Assembly: GCA_012512925.1 (NCBI GenBank)
Contig: JAAZDE010000151.1
Span: forward strand, 1-54,777
Origin: Desulfuromonadaceae bacterium
GTDB lineage: Bacteria; Desulfobacterota; Desulfuromonadia; Desulfuromonadales; JAAYDE01
Direction: 5' to 3'
DNA: 54,777 nucleotides
Each line of letters opens with the position of its first letter. Position 1 is the stretch's first letter. The position numbers were made by a program, and so were the translations under genes. Below the pieces are notes generated by a model, which made no database searches, was not told the DNA's origin, and saw nothing but the letters and a program-made list of their open reading frames with translations. Of this stretch, positions 46,501 through 53,870 are shown one piece after another.

Positions 46501-46846
46501 AGGTCAGGTAGTGATATTCATGCCAGTTGAGCTCGCGGGCGAGAATCTTGTTCCAGGCCGCGCCGGCGCTGGAGGAGCCGGAGATCTCGAAACGGCGATG
46601 CCAGTCGGAGAGCGCTTCCGGGTTGCGCAGCATCTGGAAGCGCCGCTCCGTGGACCACAGGAGGTTTTTGAACAGGTCGCGGAAGAAGCGCAAGGGGGTG
46701 CGTTTGGGGCGGAACTGGCGCAGCCGCTGGAGGACGAAAACGCGGCTTTCGTAGCTCCAGCTGTCCACCAGGTTCTGGATCTGGCGCAGCCGCTTCTCCG
46801 AGATGCGGACGTTGATGGGGGTTTTGGTTTTGCGCACCGTCGACAT
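43517..46846 (-). CDS. tandem AAA+ ATPase fused to a C-terminal Lon (S16) protease domain
   Basis: Walker A GPSGSGKS (res 163) and GPPGSGKT (res 517); Walker B HLEE and VFFDEGD; SRH TTNRLDILDPALIR; Lon motif GGPSAG (Ser921)...ITG...IGGHRRK (Lys971). Confidence 0.85.
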   Translation of the reverse strand: MSTVRKTKTPINVRISEKRLRQIQNLVDSWSYESRVFVLQRLRQFRPKRTPLRFFRDLFKNLLWSTERRFQMLRNPEALSDWHRRFEISGSSSAGAAWNKILARELNWHEYHYLTYLLERETADIFVPPSLHDFFEKIYRAHILKEYSQDSSVPRSPLILVIGPSGSGKSATVTQTLEETIFSNEVRPTIDLKAKKEEVLKNQPIWKSLEDVDPELAVEIERMRRIEQLKFLSRIPILKYLYRKRVAEALYSLGESGIFVDYAVITPNDYQTAFAGEPGNRLRKAMGEPNQTCIRHLEEAHSAFGRPDQTSTVKSQQGTLIDTANIIFDEITQGKRDCLLIATTDQPEQIEQSLYRRFVERGKVIDISDYWQDTNNLKEVVRLELRRNNLFIHLSSEEDKTLIEALAQETVNRLANIFRNRSLRITPAYVRRLIDSVITLKGDFKAGYLDDQFLVRDAFKSVAKNVYGGLYNRVSGRMGRDVHWQDYIGAIKDEFSEMANNSLYYNVQDEKGVVLTGPPGSGKTYMVKAWLGENSEIQDLAVHVNDLSDPNNPYESMVENLERIYDIAKMISPCLVFFDEGDAIAPRRSQQGGSPYDKVTNKFLSIIDGESPLNHVFTVLTTNRLDILDPALIRSKRLKVLNVPGQLREEDAIRILRKELDGMPLDEGLGYEDMVRVARGLCDTPADFTAFAEKVRSLHKTEVEILAKLKTALQGSPEERLRFVRFNAKTLLSLMEAVSSGSDLFARARRSEEEMLSCLDEVAADMDHRRAEKIYPITQRHLVNAKIQLAHSPTRKGKQQLDKFLETELSKEPQVGFVVGVGANDTSGVLLPIASSLVYQIFPEKIVVTGAVSSASPAAAEIDLAVQMTRQSAQEALTLVENYLQSLCPDLNVSRVLGQYLQGYSLHHQLLSTSYTVGGPSAGFALAINTLSVLINLPVLNNFGITGAPWIKGADKTEVGASVIIGGHRRKTEKVLQYLPRMYMPMQNYEDLEPELLKAYRIESKDIRGVRSFSGLVREVFYFGPDYHQKLQQFLQERLEFDLQEAPETEEAFVQDRFAGIEEDLRHRSEEAIRLRMRRIAEFVGGETQPLNYTNLERVFDGLETNAVQ

Positions 46847-46880
46847 GTTTTTCCTACGTTGGTCCTGTTTCCGCGGTTGA

Positions 46881-47918
46881 TTATCGGGGGGCAGTCTGCC
46901 AAGGGTACTGGTAGGTCCGCAGGGCTTCTCTCAGTGTCGGCTCATTCCCCTGGCCATCCATGGCGGCAACCCCGTTTTTTTGCGGCCGGGGTGGTCCCGG
47001 CGACGGCGAGGTCGGCAGAACCACGGGCGGGCTGCCTCCGGAATTGTTGAGGACGACGGTGTTCTGGCCGTGGACATTCTTTTCATAAGCCATGGCCCAT
47101 TTCTGCTGGTTGAGGAATTCGAAGAGCACCTGGTCGCTGCGCGAGTCGAGATTCAGCGCCTCGCGGAATTCGCGGATGGAATCACTGTAGGCGGCGTAGA
47201 GCTTGCGGGTCCGGCTCGCCTCCTGGTCGGCGGCGTAGTTTTCCGCCTCGGCGATCATCTCGCGGCGTTTCTTCTCTTCGCTGGCTTCGACCAACTTGTC
47301 GCCGAAGCGGGTATCCCGCAGGACGAAGGAGACGATCTCAACCCCGTACTTCCTTTCCAGGGTGGGTCCGCCGACGTTGATCGGCTTGTCCTTGAGAGAC
47401 TCATAGATCATTTCCTTAATCCGGGCGCGGTTGGAAATCAGCTCATCCACCGTCTTTCCCTGCATCACGTCCTTGACCATGCCGTCGAAATCAGCCTGCA
47501 GAAGTTCCTTGGGGGCGCGGTTTTCAATCCCCCATTTCTCCAGATCGAGGATGCGGTAGGTCATCATGGCACTGACATAGAGGGCCACATTGCCGCTGGA
47601 AATGATGCGCTGAACATCCGGTTCTCCCCCCAGGTAGAGTTCCTGGTTCATCAACGGCACCTCCAATTCCAGGCGGGAGAAGAAGGGGGGTCGGGCATGC
47701 CAGCCGACATCATCCACCACCCGCCGGTTGCCAGCCAGATCCTCCAGGATCACCGCGTAGTTGCGGCGCACCTTGTAGATGGTCTTGGTGGCGTAGACCA
47801 GAGCGATGGCGTAATAGAAAAGAATGCCGACGATCAGGAAGATACTGCCTTTTTTCAGGATGCTTTTTATCCTGCCTCGCTGCAGAAGCTGAAAACGCTG
47901 TTTGTCTTGCTGCTCCAC
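46881..47918 (-). CDS. SPFH/band-7 domain membrane protein
   Basis: One N-terminal TM, GWHARPPF, MTYRI.D, VDELISNR, KYGVEIVSFVLRD, then a coiled coil EEKKRREMIAEAE. GTG start after AAGGAGG. Confidence 0.82.
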   Translation of the reverse strand: MEQQDKQRFQLLQRGRIKSILKKGSIFLIVGILFYYAIALVYATKTIYKVRRNYAVILEDLAGNRRVVDDVGWHARPPFFSRLELEVPLMNQELYLGGEPDVQRIISSGNVALYVSAMMTYRILDLEKWGIENRAPKELLQADFDGMVKDVMQGKTVDELISNRARIKEMIYESLKDKPINVGGPTLERKYGVEIVSFVLRDTRFGDKLVEASEEKKRREMIAEAENYAADQEASRTRKLYAAYSDSIREFREALNLDSRSDQVLFEFLNQQKWAMAYEKNVHGQNTVVLNNSGGSPPVVLPTSPSPGPPRPQKNGVAAMDGQGNEPTLREALRTYQYPWQTAPR

Positions 47919-47949
47919 GCCATCCTCCTTTTTAAAAAGTTCCTAGAAT

Positions 47950-47958
47950 ATGATAGCA
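47950..47958 (-). promoter_or_regulatory. possible extended -10 promoter for the SPFH-AAA/Lon operon
   Basis: Minus strand TGCTATCAT (TGn-TATCAT), about 30 nt upstream of the SPFH start. Confidence 0.4.
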
Positions 47959-48040
47959 TCTTTCCATCGATTTCCTATAGCCAGGAGAAGGTTCGATTTG
48001 GTTGAAACAGGAAGAAAGACCGGGAAAGGATTGAATTGAC

Positions 48041-49144
48041 ATGAGCGGAAAGGTCTATTTTGCCGATACCCGCACCAGTTCCGAGGAAAACCTCCACGAC
48101 AAGGTGTTGCGATTGATGGAGGCGGCGGGGATCGAAAACGTTATCCACAGCGGCGATCTGACGGCAGTCAAAACCCACTTCGGGGAGAAGGGAGGGCATG
48201 CCTATGTGCGTCCCACTTTTCTGCGCCGGGTCATTGATCGCCTCAGGAGGGGCGGGGCTCTTCCATTTATCACCGACAGCTGCACTCTTTATCCGGGGGA
48301 GCGCAAGGAGGCGGTTTCGGCGCTGCGCTGCGGCATCGAGAACGGACTGGCCTTTGCCGTGGTTGGGGCGCCGTTGATCCTCTGCGACGGCTTGCGCGGT
48401 CATTCGGCGCGGCGTGTACCCATCGACGGGGGAATCCTCGCCAGCGTCGATATCGGGGAAGTGATACTCGAGGCCGACTCCATGGTGGTCGTCTCCCATT
48501 TCAAAGGGCATGAACTGACCGGCTTCGGCGGCGCGATTAAGAATCTCGGCATGGGCTGCAGCAGCCGTCAGGGAAAGATGGAGCAGCATTCCAGTATCGC
48601 GCCGCGGGTCAGTGAAGAGGCCTGCACCGCCTGCCGCGTCTGCCTCAAGGCCTGTGCTCACGATGCCATCGTCATGAAGGGGAAGGCTTTCATCGTTCCC
48701 GGGAAATGCGTTGGCTGTGCCCGTTGCATCGGCGTCTGCCCGGAGAGGGCGATCCGTATCCAGTGGAACGAAAGCGCCGACATGGCGATGAAAAAAATGG
48801 CCGAGTATGCCCTGGGAGCCCTGCATGGCAAGAAAGGAAAGGCGCTGTTTATCAATTTCATCGTGCAAGTCTCCCCCGACTGTGACTGTTACCCCCATTC
48901 CGACGCTCCCATCGTTCCCGATATCGGTATCCTTGCCGGGACCGACCCGGTGGCCCTCGACCAAGCCTCGGCCGATCTGGTCAACCAAAGTGCGGGACTG
49001 CCCAACACCGCCCTGAAGAGCGGCCATGAACCGGGGGGGGACAAATTCCGCGGCGTTCATCCCGCCATCGACTGGGAAACGACCCTGGAGCATGGTGAGA
49101 AGATCGGCCTCGGCGGCCGAAAGTATGAACTGGTTCGATTTTAA
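48041..49144 (+). CDS. DUF362 domain protein with 2x[4Fe-4S] ferredoxin insert
   Basis: VKTHFGE.G, SHFKGH..TGFGGAIKNLGMGC, CTACRVCLKAC / CVGCARCIGVCP, PDCDC, DPVALDQAS. Confidence 0.9.
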   Translation: MSGKVYFADTRTSSEENLHDKVLRLMEAAGIENVIHSGDLTAVKTHFGEKGGHAYVRPTFLRRVIDRLRRGGALPFITDSCTLYPGERKEAVSALRCGIENGLAFAVVGAPLILCDGLRGHSARRVPIDGGILASVDIGEVILEADSMVVVSHFKGHELTGFGGAIKNLGMGCSSRQGKMEQHSSIAPRVSEEACTACRVCLKACAHDAIVMKGKAFIVPGKCVGCARCIGVCPERAIRIQWNESADMAMKKMAEYALGALHGKKGKALFINFIVQVSPDCDCYPHSDAPIVPDIGILAGTDPVALDQASADLVNQSAGLPNTALKSGHEPGGDKFRGVHPAIDWETTLEHGEKIGLGGRKYELVRF

Positions 49145-49178
49145 TAGACAAGGCGGATAAAAATCCCGACATCAAATT

Positions 49179-49226
49179 CCAGGAGCACCCCAGGGGCGGC
49201 GGGTCTGGGCCGTTCCTGCATCCTGG
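49179..49226. other. GC-rich inverted repeat between convergent genes
   Basis: CAGGGGCGGC/GCCGTTCCTG inner stem and CCAGGA/TCCTGG outer stem; no clear U-tract. Confidence 0.35.
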
Positions 49227-49278
49227 CCGGATCAGTTTTGAAAAGGGGCAAGAGGCGGTACAATGAAGATAGCAGGGG

Positions 49279-49524
49279 TTACAGCGGCTGGTAATCCTCG
49301 GGAGGGGGAATTTCCGTCAGCCCCGTTTCCTTCTCCAGGGCCAGGATCAGTGCCTCGGCGTCGCGGCGCCGGGTCGGCGAGTAACCGATTTCCACCACCG
49401 CCCTGCTGGGGTCGAGGGTGCGCATGAAGGCCAGACCGTCGTAGCTCTCCAGGATGAATCGGAGGTAGGCAATCTGGTTTCTGGAAACCAGGAAACAACG
49501 GCTCAAAAAATGGTGGTAAAGCAT
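49279..49524 (-). CDS. DUF4911-like protein
   Basis: 'IAYLRFILESYDGLAFMRTLDP..AVVE' pattern. Confidence 0.78.
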   Translation of the reverse strand: MLYHHFLSRCFLVSRNQIAYLRFILESYDGLAFMRTLDPSRAVVEIGYSPTRRRDAEALILALEKETGLTEIPPPEDYQPL

Positions 49525-49598
49525 GGTGCTCCCTTTTGAGGGCTGCTTGCAATGGACAGTTTTTCGGCTGCCGGCCGTCTCCGGGAAAGGATCAAACC

Positions 49599-50702
49599 AT
49601 GGTTATCGGGGTGCCCAGGGAAATCAAGGTCAGGGAATATCGGGTCGGAATGACCCCGGCGGGGGTCCATGCCCTGGTCGAGGACGGCCATACGGTGCTC
49701 CTCGAGAAGGGGGCCGGTGAGGCCAGCGGCATCGGCGACCAGGATTACCTCCACGCCGGAGCGGGGATCATCGATTCGGCGGCGCAGCTCTATGCCGAAA
49801 GCGAGCTGATCGCCAAGGTCAAGGAGCCCCTGCCGCAGGAGTATCCTTTCTTCCGTGAGGGGCAGATGCTTTTCGCCTACCTCCATCTGGCTCCCAACCC
49901 CGACCTGACCCGTTTTTTGCTGGAGCGGCGCATCACCGGCATCGCTTACGAAACCGTGCAGCTCGACGATGGTTCGCTGCCGCTCCTGTTCCCCATGAGT
50001 CTCATCGCCGGGCGGATGGCGGTGCAGGTCGGCGCCCATTTTCTGGAGAAGGAAAATGGCGGCAAGGGGTTGCTCCTCTCCGGTGCTCCGGGGGTGCCGC
50101 CGGGCAAGGTGGTTGTCCTCGGCGGCGGCGCCGTGGGGGAAAACGCCGCGCGGCTGGCCGTCGGCGCCAAAGCCGATGTGACCCTGGTCGACATCAATCT
50201 CAAGAAACTGACCCTTCTCGACGAGCAGTACGAAGGGCGGCTCAAAACCCTCTTCTCCACTCCGTTCAATGTTCGGGAAGCGGTGGCCGCCGCCGATCTG
50301 GTGATTGGCGCCGTTCTCATTCCGGGCGGGAAAACTCCCCATCTGGTGACCAAAGAGATGGTCGCCGAAATGACGCCGGGAAGCGTCATCGTCGACGTCT
50401 CCATCGATCAGGGGGGGTGCGTGGAAACCATCCATCCCACCACCCATGAGCATCCGGTTTACGAGGTCAACGGGGTGCTTCATTACGGCGTGACCAACAT
50501 TCCAGGGGCGGTTTGCCGCACCAGTACCTTCGCCCTGACCAACACCACCCTGCCCTATCTCCGCAAATTGGCCGCCGGAGGTTTCGACGCCCTGCTCGGG
50601 GACCGGGCCTTTCTTCTTGGCCTCAACACCCATGCCGGCAAGGTGCGCCACACGGCGGTCGCGGAGGCGCTCGATCTGCCTTGCGAACCGTTGGCCGGGT
50701 GA
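49599..50702 (+). CDS. ald: alanine dehydrogenase
   Basis: IGVPREIK..EYRVG, KVKEP, YLHLA, LPLL.PMS.IAGR, GGGAVG, DVSIDQGGC.ET, NIPGAV.RTST.AL. Confidence 0.95.
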   Translation: MVIGVPREIKVREYRVGMTPAGVHALVEDGHTVLLEKGAGEASGIGDQDYLHAGAGIIDSAAQLYAESELIAKVKEPLPQEYPFFREGQMLFAYLHLAPNPDLTRFLLERRITGIAYETVQLDDGSLPLLFPMSLIAGRMAVQVGAHFLEKENGGKGLLLSGAPGVPPGKVVVLGGGAVGENAARLAVGAKADVTLVDINLKKLTLLDEQYEGRLKTLFSTPFNVREAVAAADLVIGAVLIPGGKTPHLVTKEMVAEMTPGSVIVDVSIDQGGCVETIHPTTHEHPVYEVNGVLHYGVTNIPGAVCRTSTFALTNTTLPYLRKLAAGGFDALLGDRAFLLGLNTHAGKVRHTAVAEALDLPCEPLAG

Positions 50703-50711
50703 CGTCTTATC

Positions 50712-51233
50712 TTACCCATTGCCGCAGTGGTGCGTATGGAGAAGGAGCGCCATTACGGTCTTGGCGTCGGTGATTTCCCCCCGCTCCAGCAGGGCCAGGG
50801 CTTCCTGCAAGGGGAGCCTGAGCACCTCGATGAATTCATCCTCTTCCAGTGCCTGCTCCCCTTCTTCCGTCACCTCCGCCGCAAAAAGGTGCAGGTAGAT
50901 GTCGGAGAAACCGACGGCGGTGTAAAAGTTGCCCAAAGGGCTGAGTCGCTCCACCCGGCAGCCGATCTCTTCCTCGATTTCCCGCCGGGCGCACTGTTCC
51001 GGGGTTTCTCCTTCCTCCAGCCGTCCGGCCGGGATTTCCAGAATCATGCCGTCGATAGAGGGACGGTACTGGCGGATCAAAATTATCCGGTCGTCTTTCA
51101 GCAGCGGCAACACCGCGGCGGCGCCGGGATGGCGAACAATTTCGAAATGGGAAAGGCGGCCGTCGGGCATGCGGTGCTCCTCGATACCCACCGAAAAGAC
51201 CCGTCCCCGGAAGATTTCCTTTTTGTCGGACAT
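50712..51233 (-). CDS. NUDIX hydrolase (ADP-ribose pyrophosphatase-like)
   Basis: HPGAAAVLP, RQYR, EIPAGRLEEGETPEQCARREIEEEIG Nudix box, DAKT. Confidence 0.9.
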   Translation of the reverse strand: MSDKKEIFRGRVFSVGIEEHRMPDGRLSHFEIVRHPGAAAVLPLLKDDRIILIRQYRPSIDGMILEIPAGRLEEGETPEQCARREIEEEIGCRVERLSPLGNFYTAVGFSDIYLHLFAAEVTEEGEQALEEDEFIEVLRLPLQEALALLERGEITDAKTVMALLLHTHHCGNG

Positions 51234-51249
51234 AAGGCGTTTCCTTGCG

Positions 51250-52293
51250 TCAGGGGGCGGAGCCGTCAAAGGTGTTGAGACGGCGGATAAAGGCGTGGAG
51301 CAGGCCGTAGTAACGGCGGTCGAAATCGAAGATCAGCCGGGGCAGTTCGGCCAGGTCGGGCTCGTCGCTCTCGATCGGCATCGCCTCTCCGATGCGGAGG
51401 TGTCCGCCGGGAATGATGATGTCGCGGAATTCATCTTCCAGGGTTTGCACCTGTTCCGGGTTGAGTGGTTTGTTGAGGCGCACGATCAGGGTTTTGCCGC
51501 TGAAACGGATGGAGTGGTAGACACGGTAGAAGTCTTCGATGATCCGCACCGCCTCGTTGATGTCTCGAGTGATTGAAAAAAGGCTGAAATCCTGCCCTGA
51601 GATGAGCCCTTTGGTGAGCAGGGTGGTTTTCATGAAGAGGTGGACGCTCTCCCAGTAGTCGCTGTCGTCGTCCTCGATGAAAATAAGCGGGATAGGGGGG
51701 TTTTTGCCGGTCTGAACCAGGGTGAGGGTCTCCATGGCCTCGTCGAGGGTGCCGAAACCGCCGGGGAACAGGGCCACGGCGTGGGCCTCCTTGAGAAAGG
51801 CCAGTTTGCGGCTGAAAAAGTATTTGTAGGTGAGGGAATGCTGGCTTTCCCTCATGACCGGGTTGGTTTCCTGCTCAAAGGGGAGGCGGATATTGACGGC
51901 GAAGGAGTTGTCCGCTCCCGCCCCTTCGTTGCCGGCCTGCATGATGCCGCCGCCGCCGCCGGTAATGACCATGTAGCCATTTTCTACCAGGGAGTGGGCG
52001 AAATCGCGGCATTTTTGGTAGATCGGCTGATCGGGGGTGGTACGCGCCGAGCCGAAGATGGTTACCTTTTTCCTGTTTCGGTAAGGGCCGAAGATTTTGT
52101 TGGTGTAGCGCAGTTCCTTCATGGTGGTGCGCATCAGTTTGAGATCGGCCGGGTAGTCGTTTTCCCTTCCCGCCTTGAGGGCGGTGACAATCATTTCCCG
52201 GATGATGGAGGGATGATGCACCTCGGCATGTTCGTTCAGTTCGTCGATGAGGCGGTCAATGACATTGTCAGTGCGTTCAAAAGAAAGTTCCAT
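51250..52293 (-). CDS. LOG-family nucleotide phosphoribohydrolase (long type)
   Basis: VTIFGSAR, TGGGGGIMQAGNEGA, NIRLPFEQ, FFSRK, PGGFGTLDE. Confidence 0.9.
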   Translation of the reverse strand: MELSFERTDNVIDRLIDELNEHAEVHHPSIIREMIVTALKAGRENDYPADLKLMRTTMKELRYTNKIFGPYRNRKKVTIFGSARTTPDQPIYQKCRDFAHSLVENGYMVITGGGGGIMQAGNEGAGADNSFAVNIRLPFEQETNPVMRESQHSLTYKYFFSRKLAFLKEAHAVALFPGGFGTLDEAMETLTLVQTGKNPPIPLIFIEDDDSDYWESVHLFMKTTLLTKGLISGQDFSLFSITRDINEAVRIIEDFYRVYHSIRFSGKTLIVRLNKPLNPEQVQTLEDEFRDIIIPGGHLRIGEAMPIESDEPDLAELPRLIFDFDRRYYGLLHAFIRRLNTFDGSAP

Positions 52294-52474
52294 GAAATAT
52301 CCTGATGTTAATGAGTTGGCCTTCCGGAAAGATTACGGAAGAAAGGTATTGGAAGATTGTTGGGATACGGTTTGCATGGCTTAGGGGCAAGGGCCGAAGT
52401 CCCTTTTTTCAGTGCCCGCCGCCGGGCGGGCATGATATGATAGATCAACAATATTTTTGGAGGAACGAAAAAAG

Positions 52475-52669
52475 ATGGCTGACAGCACGGTGCTTCCCAA
52501 AGGGGAAGATCTGCGGCGCGCGGTTCTCTGGCTTGCGGAATGTGGCAAGGAGGTCGGGTGGAGCTTCTCCCTCGTCGAGGAGGCCAGTCGCCGTTTTAAT
52601 CTTTCACCCAAAGACGAGGAATTCCTCATCCATTTTCTGCATGAACGGAAAAGGGGCGAAACTTCCTGA
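52475..52669 (+). CDS. small helical hypothetical protein
   Basis: GGAGG SD; LPKGEDLRRAVLWL...VEEASRRFNLSPKDEEFL. It resembles a small deltaproteobacterial conserved family (recollection, unverified). Confidence 0.7.
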   Translation: MADSTVLPKGEDLRRAVLWLAECGKEVGWSFSLVEEASRRFNLSPKDEEFLIHFLHERKRGETS

Positions 52670-52726
52670 GCGCCCAGTGTTCCTCGCAGCAACCCGGTTT
52701 GAGGGTGTATTTCATCGCCTCACTGG

Positions 52727-53251
52727 TCATAGCCTGTTTTTTTCGCACCAAACGAAGAAAGCCATGACCACAAAGAAGAACCCCCCGATGACTACCCAGT
52801 GGTTGACCTGCAGCAGCTCCGGCAGGGTGACCTTGCCGACCACCCCCCATTTCAGCAGCGTCTCGCTCAATTCCGGATAGGCTTCGGCATAGAGGGCGGC
52901 GCCGACGAGCATGCCGAAAATCCCCCACAGGGCGTGAATGCGCCCTTCCCCCAGCGCCCCCACGGCGGTGCCTGGACAATAGCCGAAAATCGCCCAGCCG
53001 ACGCCGAACATCAGACCGCCGATGATCTGAGCTCCCAACACGGTGCTCTTGACATTGAGTTGGATCATGCCCAGATCCAGGAAGAGGTAGATCCCCACCA
53101 TGCCGACCAGAATGGCGGAAAGCATGAACTTGATGATGGTCATGTCGATGAGGCGCAGAAAACCGATCTGTTTTTCAAAACGCAGCACCCGTCCCTTCTG
53201 GAGAAGGAACCCGAAGAAAACCCCGGTTATCAATCCCAGTACTAGGTCCAT
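52727..53251 (-). CDS. YeeE/YedE-family (sulfur-compound transporter) membrane protein, second half
   Basis: GVFFGFLLQKG, GGLMFGVGWAIFGYCPGT. ATG53251 overlaps the stop of the upstream partner. Confidence 0.87.
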   Translation of the reverse strand: MDLVLGLITGVFFGFLLQKGRVLRFEKQIGFLRLIDMTIIKFMLSAILVGMVGIYLFLDLGMIQLNVKSTVLGAQIIGGLMFGVGWAIFGYCPGTAVGALGEGRIHALWGIFGMLVGAALYAEAYPELSETLLKWGVVGKVTLPELLQVNHWVVIGGFFFVVMAFFVWCEKNRL

Positions 53252-53784
53252 GGATACTCCCTCCCCCCGTAAATGGCGCGGGCGATGACGATACCTCCCA
53301 CCATAAAGCCGGCCATGGCGACAAGGCCGCTCAGGGAGAGCTGCATCACGCCGCTCAGGCCGTGGCCGCTGGGGCACCCCCCCGCCAGGCGGGCACCGAA
53401 GATGGCGATGACCCCGCCGCCGAAGGCGGCGACGGCACGGCACCAGACACCATAAGGAAACCGCTCCCGCCACATGGGTGGAATCTTCTCCTTGCGGAAA
53501 CTGCCGTCGCTCAGAGAAGCCAGCAGGGCGCCGCAGAAGATGCCGATCACGAACATCATCTGCCAGTCCACCTTGATCTTCGTCCTCACGAAGTAGTCGT
53601 TCTGGGTGACATTCTCCGGCATTATCTGTTTTTCGATCAGGCCGGCGCCGCGGACAAAAGTGGTGGAGGCGCCCAGGTAGCTCCCTTTTCCCAGAATTTG
53701 GGTCGTCACCACCACCGACATCACCGCCAGGATTCCCACCAGCGCCCCGGCGAGATAGGGGTTCCATCCTCCGTTGGATGACAT
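53242..53784 (-). CDS. YeeE/YedE-family (sulfur-compound transporter) membrane protein, first half
   Basis: WNPYLAGALVG, LGAST, FGARLAGGCPSGHGLSG; SD AAGGAGG. Confidence 0.88.
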   Translation of the reverse strand: MSSNGGWNPYLAGALVGILAVMSVVVTTQILGKGSYLGASTTFVRGAGLIEKQIMPENVTQNDYFVRTKIKVDWQMMFVIGIFCGALLASLSDGSFRKEKIPPMWRERFPYGVWCRAVAAFGGGVIAIFGARLAGGCPSGHGLSGVMQLSLSGLVAMAGFMVGGIVIARAIYGGREYPWT

Positions 53785-53870
53785 GTCATAACCTCCTTGG
53801 TTGAATATTGAAGCTTTCGTAAATTTGAGCTGTCCGGCCCGGTAGATACTGTCCGGTATTCATCTTTTTC

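Noticed and set aside
48141-48149. Perfect DnaA box TTATCCACA
   Set aside because: Single copy inside the DUF362 coding sequence (V-I-H-S), with no cluster or AT-rich unwinding element.
52361-52377. Sigma54-like TGGGATACGGTTTGCAT
   Set aside because: GG-N10-GC spacing is right but the -24 element deviates (GGGAT vs GGCAC), and a sigma70 extended -10 (TGATATGAT) closer to the gene is an equally good explanation.
52626-52730. Short ORF MTSEAMKYTLKPGCCEEHW... overlapping the YeeE stop
   Set aside because: It runs antisense into the 3' end of the better-supported gene at 52475-52669, and no family is recognised.
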